Below are positions 50,617-64,000 of a stretch of 64,000 nucleotides of DNA, piece by piece (the stretch's first letter is position 1; the number at the start of each line of letters is the position of its first letter). The stretch lies in NCBI RefSeq assembly GCF_001194135.2, contig NC_068984.1, positions 100,223,194 through 100,287,193 on the forward strand, in the 5' to 3' direction. Under the pieces are notes generated by a model. That model was not told where the DNA came from. It did not search any database and saw only the letters and a program-made list of their open reading frames with translations. A program made the position numbers and the translations under genes. The DNA comes from Octopus bimaculoides (Eukaryota).

Positions 50617-52102
50617 TGTGTGAAAGAGAGAGGGAGAGAGGAGGAACGAAAAGTACACTAAAGGAAATTGAAGTTTTAGATCTTGCTCTCTTCAACATTT
50701 GAGTCCAGAAGAGGTTTGTCAACACATTAAATGTACATGTGTGTGGCAGTACAAGATAATCTAATGGTTCAAACCACAAAAGAGTTGCCATAACTTTGAT
50801 CAAAGCTAACAAAACAGGCTGATACAGTTAAAATTTACATTAAACAGTGATGTGCACACAAAGAATTTAAGATTTTTTTACAAATCTTAAAGAATTTAAG
50901 AGCATCTATGTAGTTGCTCGAGCTGCATGAAATAACAGTCAAATTTCCTTCATGCCAGACCTTACTGCCTTAAGAGAAAAAAGTGGGATAATTATGGCTG
51001 GAATGCCTTTGACCATATATCTCAGGAACTAAACAACAAACCAATGCAAGCAGATAAGGTAAAGAGTACCAACACAGCTAAGAGAAATACCATTTAATAC
51101 AGTTTATTGAGAAACATTGACATAGCTTACATTCACATGAAGTACAGGTATATGAACAAGAATATTAACAAATCTCTCTTACACACAGACAGAATTAAAC
51201 AAAAGTGCTAAGAGATAACCATGGTTAACATCATAAACTGATATACAGAATTAAAAATGTCAACAGCATTTCAGTAGTGTAGTAAACTCAGAATATGCTT
51301 TTGTTTATAATGATTTCATTAGAGAAACATGGACTTCCTGGTGTTTATCGGTGTAGTGACAATAGAGTCACTAAGTTAAAACACATGATTAGTACAGGAT
51401 TTAACATTTTTAATTCTGATGGTAATTCTTGAATAACTTACAGATCACAAAAAGGGTACAGAGTTGAAATGCACAAGCTTGTAGTCGGGTAGATTAGTCT
51501 AGCATTTTAGTGTCACAACCAGTGTGTCCTATCAACTTTCTTACTTCAACCAGGGGGGAATAGATATATTGAGGGCCAAAAGGAGAAAATAAGGGAATGT
51601 TAAGTAAATTCTAATCCCACAGGAACTGTCTAATTATCTAATTGAGTGTTGTTAGAAGCAGAACAATTGCCAGAGTGAAGTGATTATCATGACCAGAAGG
51701 TCAACCTCACCACTACCACCAACAACACTACTAAAGCTGAAGTATTGTGTGGTCCAAAGCAAAGAGACATCATAACTCTTAATAAGAACACATGGTAAGC
51801 AGCCAGATGGAACAACTGATTCAATAAAAACTAAGGAAAGGAACTTCTGAAGTTGGCAGTTTTAATCTCCTTGGGTGGCTAAAGTCAAGGGAGCATTAGA
51901 TGTTTGACAGGGTCATGATTTTTGTTTTGAAATATATTTAAACCAGGTACACCACTTCAATTTTAAACAGATTTTCAAAAAACATTTGTTACGATTAGAA
52001 TCATGAGAAAGACAGTTATTGGAGAGCAGAAAACATAACTGACAATGCACTAAGGTTTAATATAACTTGATTTGGTAAGTCCTCACCACCTTTTATATCA
52101 AT

Positions 52103-52152
<50 letters not shown>

Positions 52153-52358
52153 TTTGTCTAAACATTACACAATGTCTGCAAATGGGCATACGAATGAGGT
52201 TGTTCATTCCCAGTCTTCCATGAAAAACCGTTTGGATCGGAAAAAGTTACTTTACTTGGAAACAAGCGATGGTTGGCTACACAAAGGGCAGCTGGTCACA
52301 GAAAAGTATACTTCAAGAAACTTCATTTGACCCATGCAAACATGTGTGTGTATGTATG

Positions 52359-52392
<34 letters not shown>

Positions 52393-53940
52393 AAGCATAT
52401 ATGTATACATATGTACACATACATACATATACATGTATATATTCACACACAAATGTACAAATATGTACATATATATACATACATACATGTCTACATACAC
52501 ATGTATACATGCATATACACATATGCTTTCATTTTTACATACAATTTTTTTCATGGAAGGATGTGTTAAGACAAATTAATTATTGAGGCACTGTTTAACA
52601 GCTGGATACCCCACCTGTTGCTAACCCTTACTCGTTTCTCAAGTAAGGGATGTCATTTCACACGTTTTCAAATATAAGAAGCAAGCAGACAATTTGTTGA
52701 CAAAAACGACAAGAACATCACCCTCAGAAAATGTAAACAAACATACAGGCACATAAATATATCAATACATACACACACACATGTATACATATACATGATG
52801 AACTGCCTTCAGTTTCCATCTACTAAGTTCAATTATAAGGGGTTAGTCAACCTAGAACTGCACTTGAACATACCTCCCCAATGTGCTGTGCAGTGGAACT
52901 GAACTAGAGACCAAGTGGTTAGGAAACATCTCTTTACAGAGCTATGCCTACACCAATTGCATATAAATATTTATACACACACATACTACGTATAAATGCA
53001 TATCTATACATAAATATATATATATATACACACATATACATATATATTGTATAAGCATGTGTGTGTGAGAAAGGGAGAGAAAGAGTATATTTGTATCTCC
53101 TTGTTTTGACTTTGTATGATAGTTACAAATGAATGCCACTGTCATCCAAGCAGTGTCATTCATTTACAATATTGTGCAAATACATGCTTGTGTCCATGGA
53201 AATGTAACCTTGCTTGGAAGCAGGTGAGGTGTCAACATATAATAAATCTGCCTCACTCCATGCAAGCATAAAAAAGACGATGATAAAAGAATGAGATATA
53301 TACATACATATATACACACACACATATATATATATATACATACACTCATTGTCCATATGGTCTGTAAAAGAGACAGCTACTACATCAGTGCAGGGCTGAG
53401 AGAGCCAAAGAGGTGTCCAATAAATATCTGATACCAACTCCACCCTACTGTTAAAAACAAAAAAAAACTCACAGCCTGTTAAAATCTAAAGGCAAAACTC
53501 CACCAACAGGTCTCGAAATCAGTTTTGACCCTCCTTGCAGAGTTTCACTTGAAAGCCTTAGTTACACATATGTAAGTACACATTCTCATATTTCACTCTC
53601 AATGCATCAGCCAGTCCAAGGCCAGATAAGACATGTGCCTAATGTACTACCCTTTACCCTTTGGTATGGAATGGAAAACTATTTGGTTATAAAGCAATCT
53701 TCATTATGGCCCACAGGCTGGTTATTATTAGGAATGTGCATATATTTTGCAATTGTGAAGACGCCCTCTCTTAAATTTAACATATATGTATATGTATACA
53801 TACACAAACACATGTATATCCTCTTTTTAACTCTGTATGATTTCTAAATGCCATTGGCTGTGAAAAGTAATGGTGGATCACAGCAAAATTATTTCATCTC
53901 AAAGTACAAAATGCCACAAACTTCAACAATGTATACTTAC

Positions 53941-54783
53941 TTCGGACAATTTTGTTCCTTATGGATATTAAAGGGTTCTGAAGCTTTAAAAGAGCACTCA
54001 TTTCCCATCGGTTAGAAGTTCCGAGAGAGCTTTTAGAATTATTATACATTCCATAAGTCTGGTCAGTCAAAGAATATCCACTTGCATTTGAAGACGCAAG
54101 TGACTGTTTCGATACAGAATTTCCTTCAGGACACATGTCCGTCGTTGATCGACATGCTTTGATCTTGGAAGCGTAACGGTTGTTAATGCTTCCATATTTG
54201 TCTTCTGTTGATGACAGTTTGGAATCTGTGTTGAGCTCATCACATGGCAATAATAACTGACTATTACTATTACTGTTATTGCTACTACTACACATAGGAG
54301 TGAGCAGATCAGAAACAAACAAACAGGGTTCTGATATAACATTATCCTCTTCTAGTAAACTCACACTTCCAGTGTCTTGTGGGGTCATTGATCGTGATAT
54401 TGACACTGTCGATGCCACGGACTCCAGCCCTGGAGAATTACTGTCCATTTCAGTTTCGGTTTCGTTTCTTAAGCTAGACACTCCACTATCAACACTGCTT
54501 TCTCCCACTGCAAATATATTGCAACTAGTCTTTTCAGGAGGCAACGAATTCATCGTAGTCCTCATCGTCCTTTTCGGAGGTGTCCGTAGGTTTTGAAATT
54601 TAGTTTTTTTCCGTTTTGAAGAATAACTTATTACTATGTTTCTATTTGGCTTTAGGCGAGTTCTTCGTTTTTTGGCAAGACAATGTGGAGGGTCTTTCGA
54701 GTTCTGATGATGCACTGCCGAGGATGGCGATGAAGATGGTGTCGAGAGGTTATCACAGTCACAATGCTGACTTGACGCATCAC
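53941..54783 (-). CDS. Large internal exon encoding a Ser-rich, largely disordered region with basic NLS-like clusters
   Basis: 843-nt open frame (contains ORF 53894-54715); acceptor tttctttatttctag and donor CGAA|gtaagt; phase 1 at both ends; KKRRTRLK and KRKKTK motifs. Confidence 0.85.
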
Positions 54784-55374
54784 CTAGAAATAAAGAAAAA
54801 ATTACTGTAATTCAAGCAACAACAATAGATGTCACAGAAGATGGTGAATAAAACAGCCACTGCAAGATTGGAATTATGCCGGAGAGAATACATAGTTTAT
54901 ACACAGGATAAATTAAACGAATGGATTAAAGTGTGCAATTTGTTTGGCAATTCTTTGGTATATGTAGACGACGTCATTCACCCTCTTTTTCAGCCTAGCC
55001 TTTTTATTTATGCCATGAGGAACCTTGTGTGGGTGAATAAAGTTGTTTACAAGTACAGAAGGATTACCATTTTCTTTTTATTTACAGTGAATTATTTTAA
55101 CCAACTCATAATGGGTTAAAACACTTCAGCCGTAATAATTCTTTAAAACGACCGCGAACACCAAGAGTCCAACATCCTCCCCACATCTTCAATTAATCAT
55201 ACCAAAACATAAGAATAAGCGCTGCCAACATGGCTAAGAAATTTGAGGGAAGGGTTGGTTAACTGATTAAATTGACTCCGGAAGACTGAAACTCAAAGTT
55301 GACCTTGGAGGGATTTGAACTCAAAACAACCGGAAAAACATCGCAAGGCATTGCCATGATGTAAGATCCTGCTG

Positions 55375-55412
<38 letters not shown>

Positions 55413-55930
55413 ATACACAAACGACAGACAGAAAAAAATAAATTAAAATAAACTAGTCTTCTAAATAAACCCTTTCCACAGCGAAAAAAAAAACCCACCC
55501 AAAAACATGAGTAGAATTTGGGCTGACATGAAATTCCTTGAATACGGGAGGAATTTCTAGAATGTTCACTAATTCCTTTCAATAAAAGAAAAAGGGAAAG
55601 AGAGCAAAAAAACGAAATAACTGTTGCCTGAGCAGCTGGCCAACTTGGGATTCGAACTTTTGATCTACATGATAGCAGACGTACAATGTTTTTTTTTAAA
55701 ATCCTATACCAAAATATGGAGAAGAGGGAGAACAAGAACAAAAACACGTGTCTAAGAGTAATAAAGCTGATTAGCTCTACTTTTACAACAAAGGATCTCA
55801 CAAAATTCGCGGAACTATAATATATATACATATATATGTGTGTGTGTACTCTTCTGTAATAGTGAAAGAGAGGGAAGAAAGTTTGAGAAAAGTTTCCCAC
55901 TAAAACTTACAATAAAAACAAGAAATATAG

Positions 55931-55991
55931 GGAAGGAGTGGAGAAGGTGGAAGGAGTGGAGAAGGTGGAAGGAGTGGAGAAGGTGGAAGGA
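55931..55991. repeat. 18-bp tandem repeat, 3.4 copies (ggaaggagtggagaaggt)
   Basis: Direct reading. Confidence 0.9.
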
Positions 55992-56160
55992 TGGTGAGTA
56001 AGGTGACATAAGACAATAGACCGAGTAGGAAGGAAAATGGTAAGAGTAATAAGATAGTGCAGAGGAAGGAGGGGAGTAAAGAAGACTAATAAAAATCATA
56101 ACAGACGACCTGTCGCAAAAACAAATGACAAAACGAAGTATTGACGAACAATTAAAGACG

Positions 56161-56168
56161 TGACGTCA
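56161..56168. promoter_or_regulatory. Perfect CRE palindrome TGACGTCA
   Basis: Exact motif inside the CpG-retaining zone. Confidence 0.4.
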
Positions 56169-58666
56169 ATTAATCGACCGTAGCAACACACACACACACA
56201 CAAGGATAAATAAGGTATTATGAGAGGATGGGAGGGTGGTTGATAAAGACTAAGCTACGTCAAACTAAGATAAATCACATCATCATCATCATCATCAATA
56301 GGTAGACAAACTGACACTTACAATAAGACAGTGAGCTCGGAATACGTGGAGACATCAAAATTGTCGACCAGACAACATCAGATTAGTTCTTTAAAATACT
56401 GCTATCACGCACTTGCTCTTTCTCTCACCCTGCCTCTCTCTCTCTCTCTCTCTTTCCTCCTCGGCCCCATACCCACGCAGAAACACACTGATCGTGTGAG
56501 AGAGTGGGTTGGAGTTTGTAGACCACCTCCTCTCACTGTATGTACGCAGTCGTCACCACTCACCTCTAACACTGCCCTACCATTTACTATCTATACCACT
56601 TCATACCACCACTACCACCATATACTATCTAAACCATTCCAAACCACCACCGCCACCACTAAAGAAGCCATCAGTCACTGGGTAGAGCTGGAAGTAAGAG
56701 TCATGTTGATCCAAAACTGATGACGACAGTTGACGGGAAGACATACAAAGCTGTGTGTATGTATGTATGTATGTATGTATGTATGTGTAGATAGATAGAT
56801 ACTCACACATACACACATAGGAAGGTTTGGATAGAAAGGGTTTAAGTAAATATATACGTTTAAGAGGGGAAAAAAAGAGGAGTAACAAATTTACAGATAG
56901 GCGAGAGAAAACAAAACGAAGTAGGAGGAAGAGCAAGAGAAAGCGGAGGAGGTAAAGATGAGAGGCGGTAGAAATATATTAGTGCCAAATTTAGACACTT
57001 CTTAAAAGTCAGATTGACTATCGGACATTGTTCCCACTCATACACACAACACATTTTCTGTTTTTATTTTTCTTTTTTAAAGCTTCACGCCAAGAAAAGA
57101 TGTACTCGACACATATTGCAGGATAGAATTATTGCACGCAGCTGGCACTTTCCTCTGCCGCTGCTCGGAGTTTTACTAGTTTCCTATTATTAAAAATAGA
57201 CAGGAGTACCCGAGGGAGTGTACAAGGGAAAAAAAGACGAAAAAGAAGACGCAGGGAGAGATGTAAAAGGAAGCGAGAGCACTTGTTAACGGAGAAACCA
57301 TCCTAAGTCGTCATAGAAACCACTGTACTCCTTCCTCTCTCACGATAAGATAGTAGAAAGAAATGACAAGATACAATGAGAATAATAAAACACACACACA
57401 GATATTTATTTATATATATATATATATATACATACACACACACACAAACTAACAAAGGCCACAATAACTATACTATTAGTGATAGCAACAGTACTAATAG
57501 TAGTACTACTATACTATTACTACTACTACTGTTGCTACAACCGTCGTAATAATGGCGAATAAGTGATGACTTCAACAGCGGAAGGTGACTGTATGACACC
57601 ACTAAACAACGTACTATCACAAATAACAGTAATATATTGAGTATGGTTCGATTTGTTATACAGGCATCTCCCTTCCTCCACCAAAATTGGTCATGTGCGC
57701 AGAATTTTTTTTTTCTTTTTACTACAGTTAGACTGATACCAGATACCATTAAAACAATTACTACTACGACGTCGACGGATACACTACAGACTGTATACTA
57801 TCACCACAGAAGAACGAACCCCTACTACTACCACTACTATCACGATTGATAACACCACCACTACTACGAACATAACCACATCATAGCCAACTGCTGCTAC
57901 TGCCAGTGATAGCACCGCTACCATCACCACCACCTGCTAAATTATTACTACTAGTACCACCACCACCATAACTTGCAAGTAATACTACTAAAACCTGCTG
58001 CTGCTGCTACTACTACTACTACTACTGGCAGCAGCAACTGCTGGCGCCACGTGAGGAAGTCTGCAGAGGTAGAAAATAAAGCACAAGACCCACTGCTCGA
58101 TTTATTGCGTGTATATATGTGTATGTATACATGAATGTATGTACATGTCCGCGTATGTAAGCTTATATACACACATTATGCTGAATAGAGAGAGTGACAG
58201 CTGAATGTTATGAGAATTTTTAATGTGCCAGTGTAACTGGGTAGCAAGATGGTCTTTTGTGTTGGTCTACTGAGGTAAAGACAAGAAAACAGACACACAT
58301 AACCACCACCACTACCGCCACCGTAAAGATAACAGGAACGACGGTAGGGGTGGCCACACAGGAAGGGAAAGTTGACATGCATCTTCTCACCTCAGACATG
58401 ATGTAAAGCATTGCTGCCAACGCCTACTGCACTAAAAGCTGCAATGACTGCAGATAATATATCCATAAAGCCCAGCTTGATGGAGTAGTAGTCAATGGCT
58501 GCCTTGCATTGCTACTAAACCAACATCCATATATTCTCCATCTTCCTCATCCCGTATACACATACACACACACACACACGTGTGCAAATGTGAGTAATGT
58601 ATATGGATATTAGTAATGTGTAAGTAGCGTGTATGTGTATATATGAGTAATGTGTGTTTGTATATG

Positions 58667-58712
<46 letters not shown>

Positions 58713-59695
58713 GTATGTGAGAGTAATCAATGTATATGTGTGTAGCCAGTGAGTCAAGAAGATGGCGATCCCACATTTGTCATTGCAGCAAGAAAATATT
58801 TTACAGTGGTGGTGGTGTTGATTGTGTACAGATAGGGAGAGGGGGAACAGGAAGGAATACCATTGAATATGGTAATAGAAGACAATCAAATCACACAAGT
58901 GTTTGAATATACACGGTCGCTGTTATCTCGTGTGACCTACGTTGAATGTCGACCTAATAAACTACACTTGAACAGGTGGATTGGTACTCATTGGAATTAC
59001 ATACAAACACACACACGTGTGTTAGTGTGTGTGTGTGTGTGTATACCCTTAGACACTTATAAAAAAGAAAGCCGACGGATTGCAATAGATATAGTTCATT
59101 CAACAGAGTAAACATTCTACCAAAAATAGGGGCTAAATCTTGCCGAGCTTAACTCTGCCTTTTCATCCTTCTGGGGTTGATTTAATAGAATACCAGTCGA
59201 TAGCATGGACTAACCATTAACTTCAAACATTGCTGGCCTTGAGCCTAAAGGATCACTATTTTTATTAGAGTGAGCATGGGTCTTGTGAAAACATTCCTTT
59301 TAATGCAAAATGATTTTTCCCTTTTAAATTACATAGGCCGATGGTTACATAAATAATAGAGCACAGATATGACATTCGTGACTAATTTAGAGCAAACATG
59401 TGCCAAACAATTATTAACCGCAGAGCAACATGTGATGAGAACACGGAAAACACGATAGTCAAGTTTGTTTTTGTCTCGAGCGTGAAAAAGTTCGTGAGAA
59501 CTTTCTCTTCGCTACCAGTTTATAACGTACCCACACATATATATATATACATCAATATACACACATCTATGTAAATGCATTTATACAAACATACACATTA
59601 ATATATACATACAAAAACATACAGAGAATCGTATATACACAAACTACATATCTTATCTATTTATTTGTAATATATTGTATTTGTGCTTCACTTAC

Positions 59696-59873
59696 CCGGG
59701 TGGCCGCGGTGGAGGCTATGACAGTGTAAGAGTCTACAGCTAATGGAGAGTGCCTCTTGCAAGGAATAAAACAACAGTGCAGTCCTGCCAATATGGTGCA
59801 GTAGCAGCACCTTTAAGGTGTTCTGATCACAGTAAAGGTCCGTCTCACTTTGGTGAGATCTTAAACATTTCAT
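59696..59873 (-). CDS. Candidate first coding exon (MKCLRSHQ...HRGHP)
   Basis: ATG-initiated open frame ending CCG G|gtaagt; phase 1 joins in frame to the exon at 54783 (G|GT GAT GCG). Confidence 0.5.
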
Positions 59874-60699
59874 TTCCTATGTCCGGTGATACAAAGAATC
59901 ACAAGCATCTTTTACGACCAAAAACCAAAGAATAACAATAACCCAAAGAATTAAAACAAACAGATTCACAAATAAATAAATAAAATAAAATAAAAGCAGT
60001 CAACAAGTCCCACGGCAAATTTGTGTGTAATCCTTTCTACAAACAAATTTCGATCTCATGACCTATTAGTTCAGTCTAATAATCATCATCAATGGCAGTA
60101 ACAAAATCATAAACAAACTACTTATTTTTAGAGTGTACTCCTGGTTCCTACTCTTTGAGTTGTTATATTGGTGTTGATTTTTTAAAATCTCCATCGGGTG
60201 GGCGGATGGAATCTTGCCAAAGTTGCCGTCCTTTTTGTTTCTTTCCTTTTTTAAATATCAGGATTGTTTTTGTTTTTTTTCTTTCAATCCCTATTTCACC
60301 ACATTCACATTTATGTACTCGCCAACTGTAGCGAAATCGGGAAGATTAACTTGGTTAACAGTATTTCAACATCGTATATAGCTTTACTCCACAGATGTGT
60401 GGATGAAAGTATAACCGTATGTATATGTATCTGTAGTATGTAAATAGTGAGTGTGCGAATAGACAAACACTGATGTAAAAAGGGAGAAAGAGTAGCAAGT
60501 GCGCGCCAAGTATTGTTTATCACTGATGTATTACAGTCAACATTACCAACAGGAACTCTCGAGCAACAATAGAGAAAAGACGTAGAATGAATAAACTACA
60601 CTAACTGATTACAATATATATTACGTATACATGTAAGCATATAGTTTGAAGAATAAATTACGGTAGATTAGCTGATAGTATTTCTTACGTAGGAGGAAT

Positions 60700-60880
60700 C
60701 AAAAGACTTCGGTTCCGGATTCCTCCGCACCCTACGTTTAAACAGAACAACTGCACGAACCGGTGACTGACCACACAGTGAACCAATCAGATAATTGTCC
60801 GACACGCATATACATACATATATATAAACACATACATACACATGCGCATTACACGGTGTTGCTTCCCCCTGACGTCAACA
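60700..60880. promoter_or_regulatory. Candidate promoter: CCAAT (60783), ATGCGCAT (60842), TGACGTCA (60870)
   Basis: Motif cluster in CpG-rich sequence about 0.9 kb upstream of the candidate first exon. Confidence 0.4.
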
Positions 60881-61849
60881 TGAGACACCAAGATTTCTGT
60901 CCCTCTATCTTTCATGATTGTTATATAAGAAGGCTAATCTGGCATCAATTTTAAAGAATGCTATAATATATATACGTACAGATGTGTGTGAGACAACATT
61001 TATAATAAGTCTGTGTAAGGGTGTATAACAAAATTTATAACAAATGTGTGTGTGTGTGTTCGCGCGCGAGTATGTTATGGCAAGATCTGAAAATAGCTCA
61101 ATGCTTACTCAATATATCGATTTTTCTGACTGAACCCCAAGCCACAAATTTATAGGGAAACAAGCATAGTTGATAGAATAAACCCCAAGCACATGACTTT
61201 TTTTTTGTTATTGTTTTCTTTTCTTTTTTTTACTTCGCATGAGGAAAAATACCACAAAGCATTTTATTTGGCACTATTGTTGTTTAGTTTGTCATCCTTA
61301 AGGAATTGAGAGTAATTTTGTATAGGATTGACATGGCGGAGGTCGTGAGTGGTGGTGGTGTATGCATTGAAAGCATATCACTCACCTACACATTCATTGC
61401 CTCCAATCAATCTTAACCTTTCCCCACTTCCTCCCGAACTACAGGTGATTGTCGTCAGCTTTACCAAGGTACGTAATTAGGGTAGGTTCACCACCACCAC
61501 TATCCTTACTTCCTACGCACTCTGCATAACCGAAGATCCTTATCATAACAGAAAGACAAGGAGCATTAAATTAAATTTCAGCTGTAAACTGGATACCTTA
61601 ATGCTAATTAATTAAAGGCATTAAAATTATTAATATTGTTGTTGCCCTTGTTTTTAAAGGTAATGAATGATATAAGGTATTTAGTTACATTACTACGTTT
61701 CAAATTCAAATCCTGCAAGGTCGAATTTGCCTTTTCTTCTGGAGGTAGATGAAATTTACCAAAATAAGTACCAGTTATCTATGGTGTTCATTACATTAAC
61801 TATTGCCACCTTCCCTCAAAATGACTAGCTTTGTCCTTGTTACAAACTA

Positions 61850-62500
61850 TAATTAGTAACAATTCTATTTTATTTTATACTCTATTGTTATTATATTATT
61901 GCAGCAAGTTGGCAGAATCTTTAACAAGGCATTTCTTCTAGTTTTACATTCTGAGTTCGAATCCCACCGAGGTGCATTTTGCCTTTCATCCTTCCAGAAT
62001 TGATAAAATAACTGTTTAGTACTGGGGCCAAGGTAGTCAACTATGCCCCTCCCCACAATTTTTAGGATTTACACCTATAGTAGAAAAGATTATTATTATT
62101 ATAAAGGTAGGAAGATGGCAGAATTTTTAACAGGCTGGACAAAATGCTAAGCCTTGTTTCTTCTAGCTTTATATTCTGAGTTCGAAGTTGATAAGATAAA
62201 TACCAGTCAAACAATGAAGTCAATGTGACAAATAAGCCCTAGTACCCATAGTAAAAAGAATTATTATCATTTCTTTTTTAAGGCACTGAGCTGGCAGGAT
62301 CGTTAGCCCGCTGGGCAAAATGCCTAACAGCATTTCATCCATCTTTACATTCTGAGTTCAAATTCTGTAGAGGATGACTTTGCCTTTCATCCTTTCAGGG
62401 TCGATGAAATAAGTACCGCTACGAACTGAGGATTGACTTCCCCCACCCACCAAAAAATTTCAGGCCTCGTATCTATAGCAGAAAGGATTATTATTATTAT
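61850..62500 (+). mobile_element. Tandem plus-strand family A SINE copies
   Basis: Three successive ggcagaat...ctgagttc...ctttcatcc...gtagaaaag units with (ATT)n tails. Confidence 0.7.
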
Positions 62501-62520
62501 TGTTCAGTAGTTTTATTTTT

Positions 62521-62668
62521 ATAACTTGCTTTCACTTCACTACCGAGCGCTGCTCTGTGTGCCTTGGGTATGTGCTGTGGTTTGCTGTGATGCTCTTATC
62601 ACAGCAAACCACAGCACATACCCAAGGCACACAGAGCTGCGCTTGGTAGTGAAGTGAAAGCACGTTAT
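62521..62668. repeat. Near-perfect 148-nt palindrome (71-bp arms, 6-nt loop)
   Basis: 62521-62591 pairs with 62598-62668 with only 3 mismatches; loop gctctt. Confidence 0.9.
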
Positions 62669-64000
62669 GTTCTGAGTTCGAGGTTGGTAAGATAAATACC
62701 AGTCAAACACTGAAGTCAATGTGACCAATAAGCCCTAGTACCCATAATTTCAGGCCTTCCACCTATAGTAGAAAGAATTATTATCATTTCTTTTTTAAGG
62801 CACTGAGCTGGCAGAATCGTTATTATTATTATTATTGTTATTATTATGTGGCAAGCAGGCAGAATCATTAACACACAGAACAAAATGCTGAACAGCATCA
62901 TTCTTCTGGCTCTTTATAGCCACCAAAATCAACTTTGCTTTTCATCTTTCCTAGGCACTACTACTTTTAAAAACTATTACAGTAAAGACAGAACTGGAAT
63001 CTGAGTTCAAATCCCTCTGGAGCTTTCTTTCTTTTAACTGCAGGTTGTTCTAATCACTACTCGTTAGCCCCTACTTATCAAACCTATGATCAAAGATGTT
63101 CCAACTATGACCATCTTCAGACATTAACATCACTGTCTGAGGAGCCCAGAAATAGTTTGTTACCACATGAACAACAGTGACGATAATTTTGTGCATAGAC
63201 ACAAGGCCAAATGTTGAGAGAAGAACCAAATATATAGACTCATGATTTCACTGGTATTTTGTCTTATTGATTACAGAAGTCAATACAAAAAGTTAATCCT
63301 GGAAAGATTTGGACTCAGAATGTAATACAGCAATTTTGAAGAAAGGGTGTCAGTCAATATTATTGACCCTAACATTTAACTGGTTCAGCAACCCCAAAAA
63401 GATGAAAAGCAAAGTTGATCTTGGTAGGAGTTGAACACAGAATGTAAAGAGACATTACTACTAAATACCACTAGGCATTTTCTCCAATGCTTTAAAAATG
63501 TTGCCAATCCCCTAACATGTATATAAATGAATAATATAGGCATAGGTTTGATATTTTGGAGAAGGAATAGTCAATTAGTAGAATCCTAGTAGTTGATTGG
63601 TACAATTTTAATAAATTCGGGAATCTATATATATAAAAATGAGAATGTGTGTCTGTCTGTCTGTGTGTGTGTGTGTGAATCCCTAAAACTCGAGAACTAC
63701 GCAACCAATTTCATTCAAATTTTACAGATGCCTTACTTAGGGTTCCAGTTGTGTTTTAGTCAAAAAAATTTTTTAACTTCTTGCAGAGTTCGAGCCCAAG
63801 GCAACATAATATCTCCTCCACTATTTAAGTATTACGTGTCAAAAGTGAAACAAAAACACTCATGTCAAATACTTTCACTTAAAAAATGAAACTATTCCAC
63901 TAACTGAAAGAATCACATTTCTATACTGTAATGACAGATACATTCAGAGAGAGATGTATATGTATACATATAGATGTATATGTACACGTATATGTATAGA

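Noticed and set aside
53894-53940. C-terminal SKYTLLKFVAFCTLR* of the 273-aa ORF
   Set aside because: Read-through into the intron after the strong donor at 53941
58220-58420. ORF with a hydrophobic stretch (VIFTVAVVVVVMCVCFLVF)
   Set aside because: Hydrophobicity comes from a (GGT)n microsatellite; no in-frame splice to downstream exons found

Overview
AT-rich, intron-rich animal genomic DNA from a scaffolded assembly with three N gaps. The tRNA-derived SINE families, TTAA MITEs and dense (TA)n/(TG)n/(AAT)n microsatellites resemble Octopus (coleoid cephalopod) repeats; this taxon call is inference from recall, not a database result. There are no prokaryotic features such as operons or CRISPR arrays, and most listed six-frame ORFs are microsatellite or SINE noise. 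The main content is a spliced minus-strand gene. Five exons between 26993 and 31964, joined by canonical phase-consistent GT-AG introns, encode a short linker, ankyrin repeats and an 'LLEEVFPLQC' segment that closely follow the C-terminal domain of vertebrate MPP8 (MPHOSPH8, HUSH complex). Three less certain exons between 25773 and 26400 probably complete the C-terminus. Three further phase-compatible minus-strand exons (59696-59873, 53941-54783, 37406-37488) either supply a chromodomain-less N-terminus or belong to a separate host gene in which the MPP8-like gene is nested. Notable non-coding structures: a 512-nt inverted repeat carrying an apparently intact type I hammerhead ribozyme, a 148-nt near-perfect hairpin, an intronic inverted pair near an ankyrin exon, nested or inverted SINEs, two decayed minisatellites, and a CpG-retaining promoter zone at about 54-61 kb with CRE sites.
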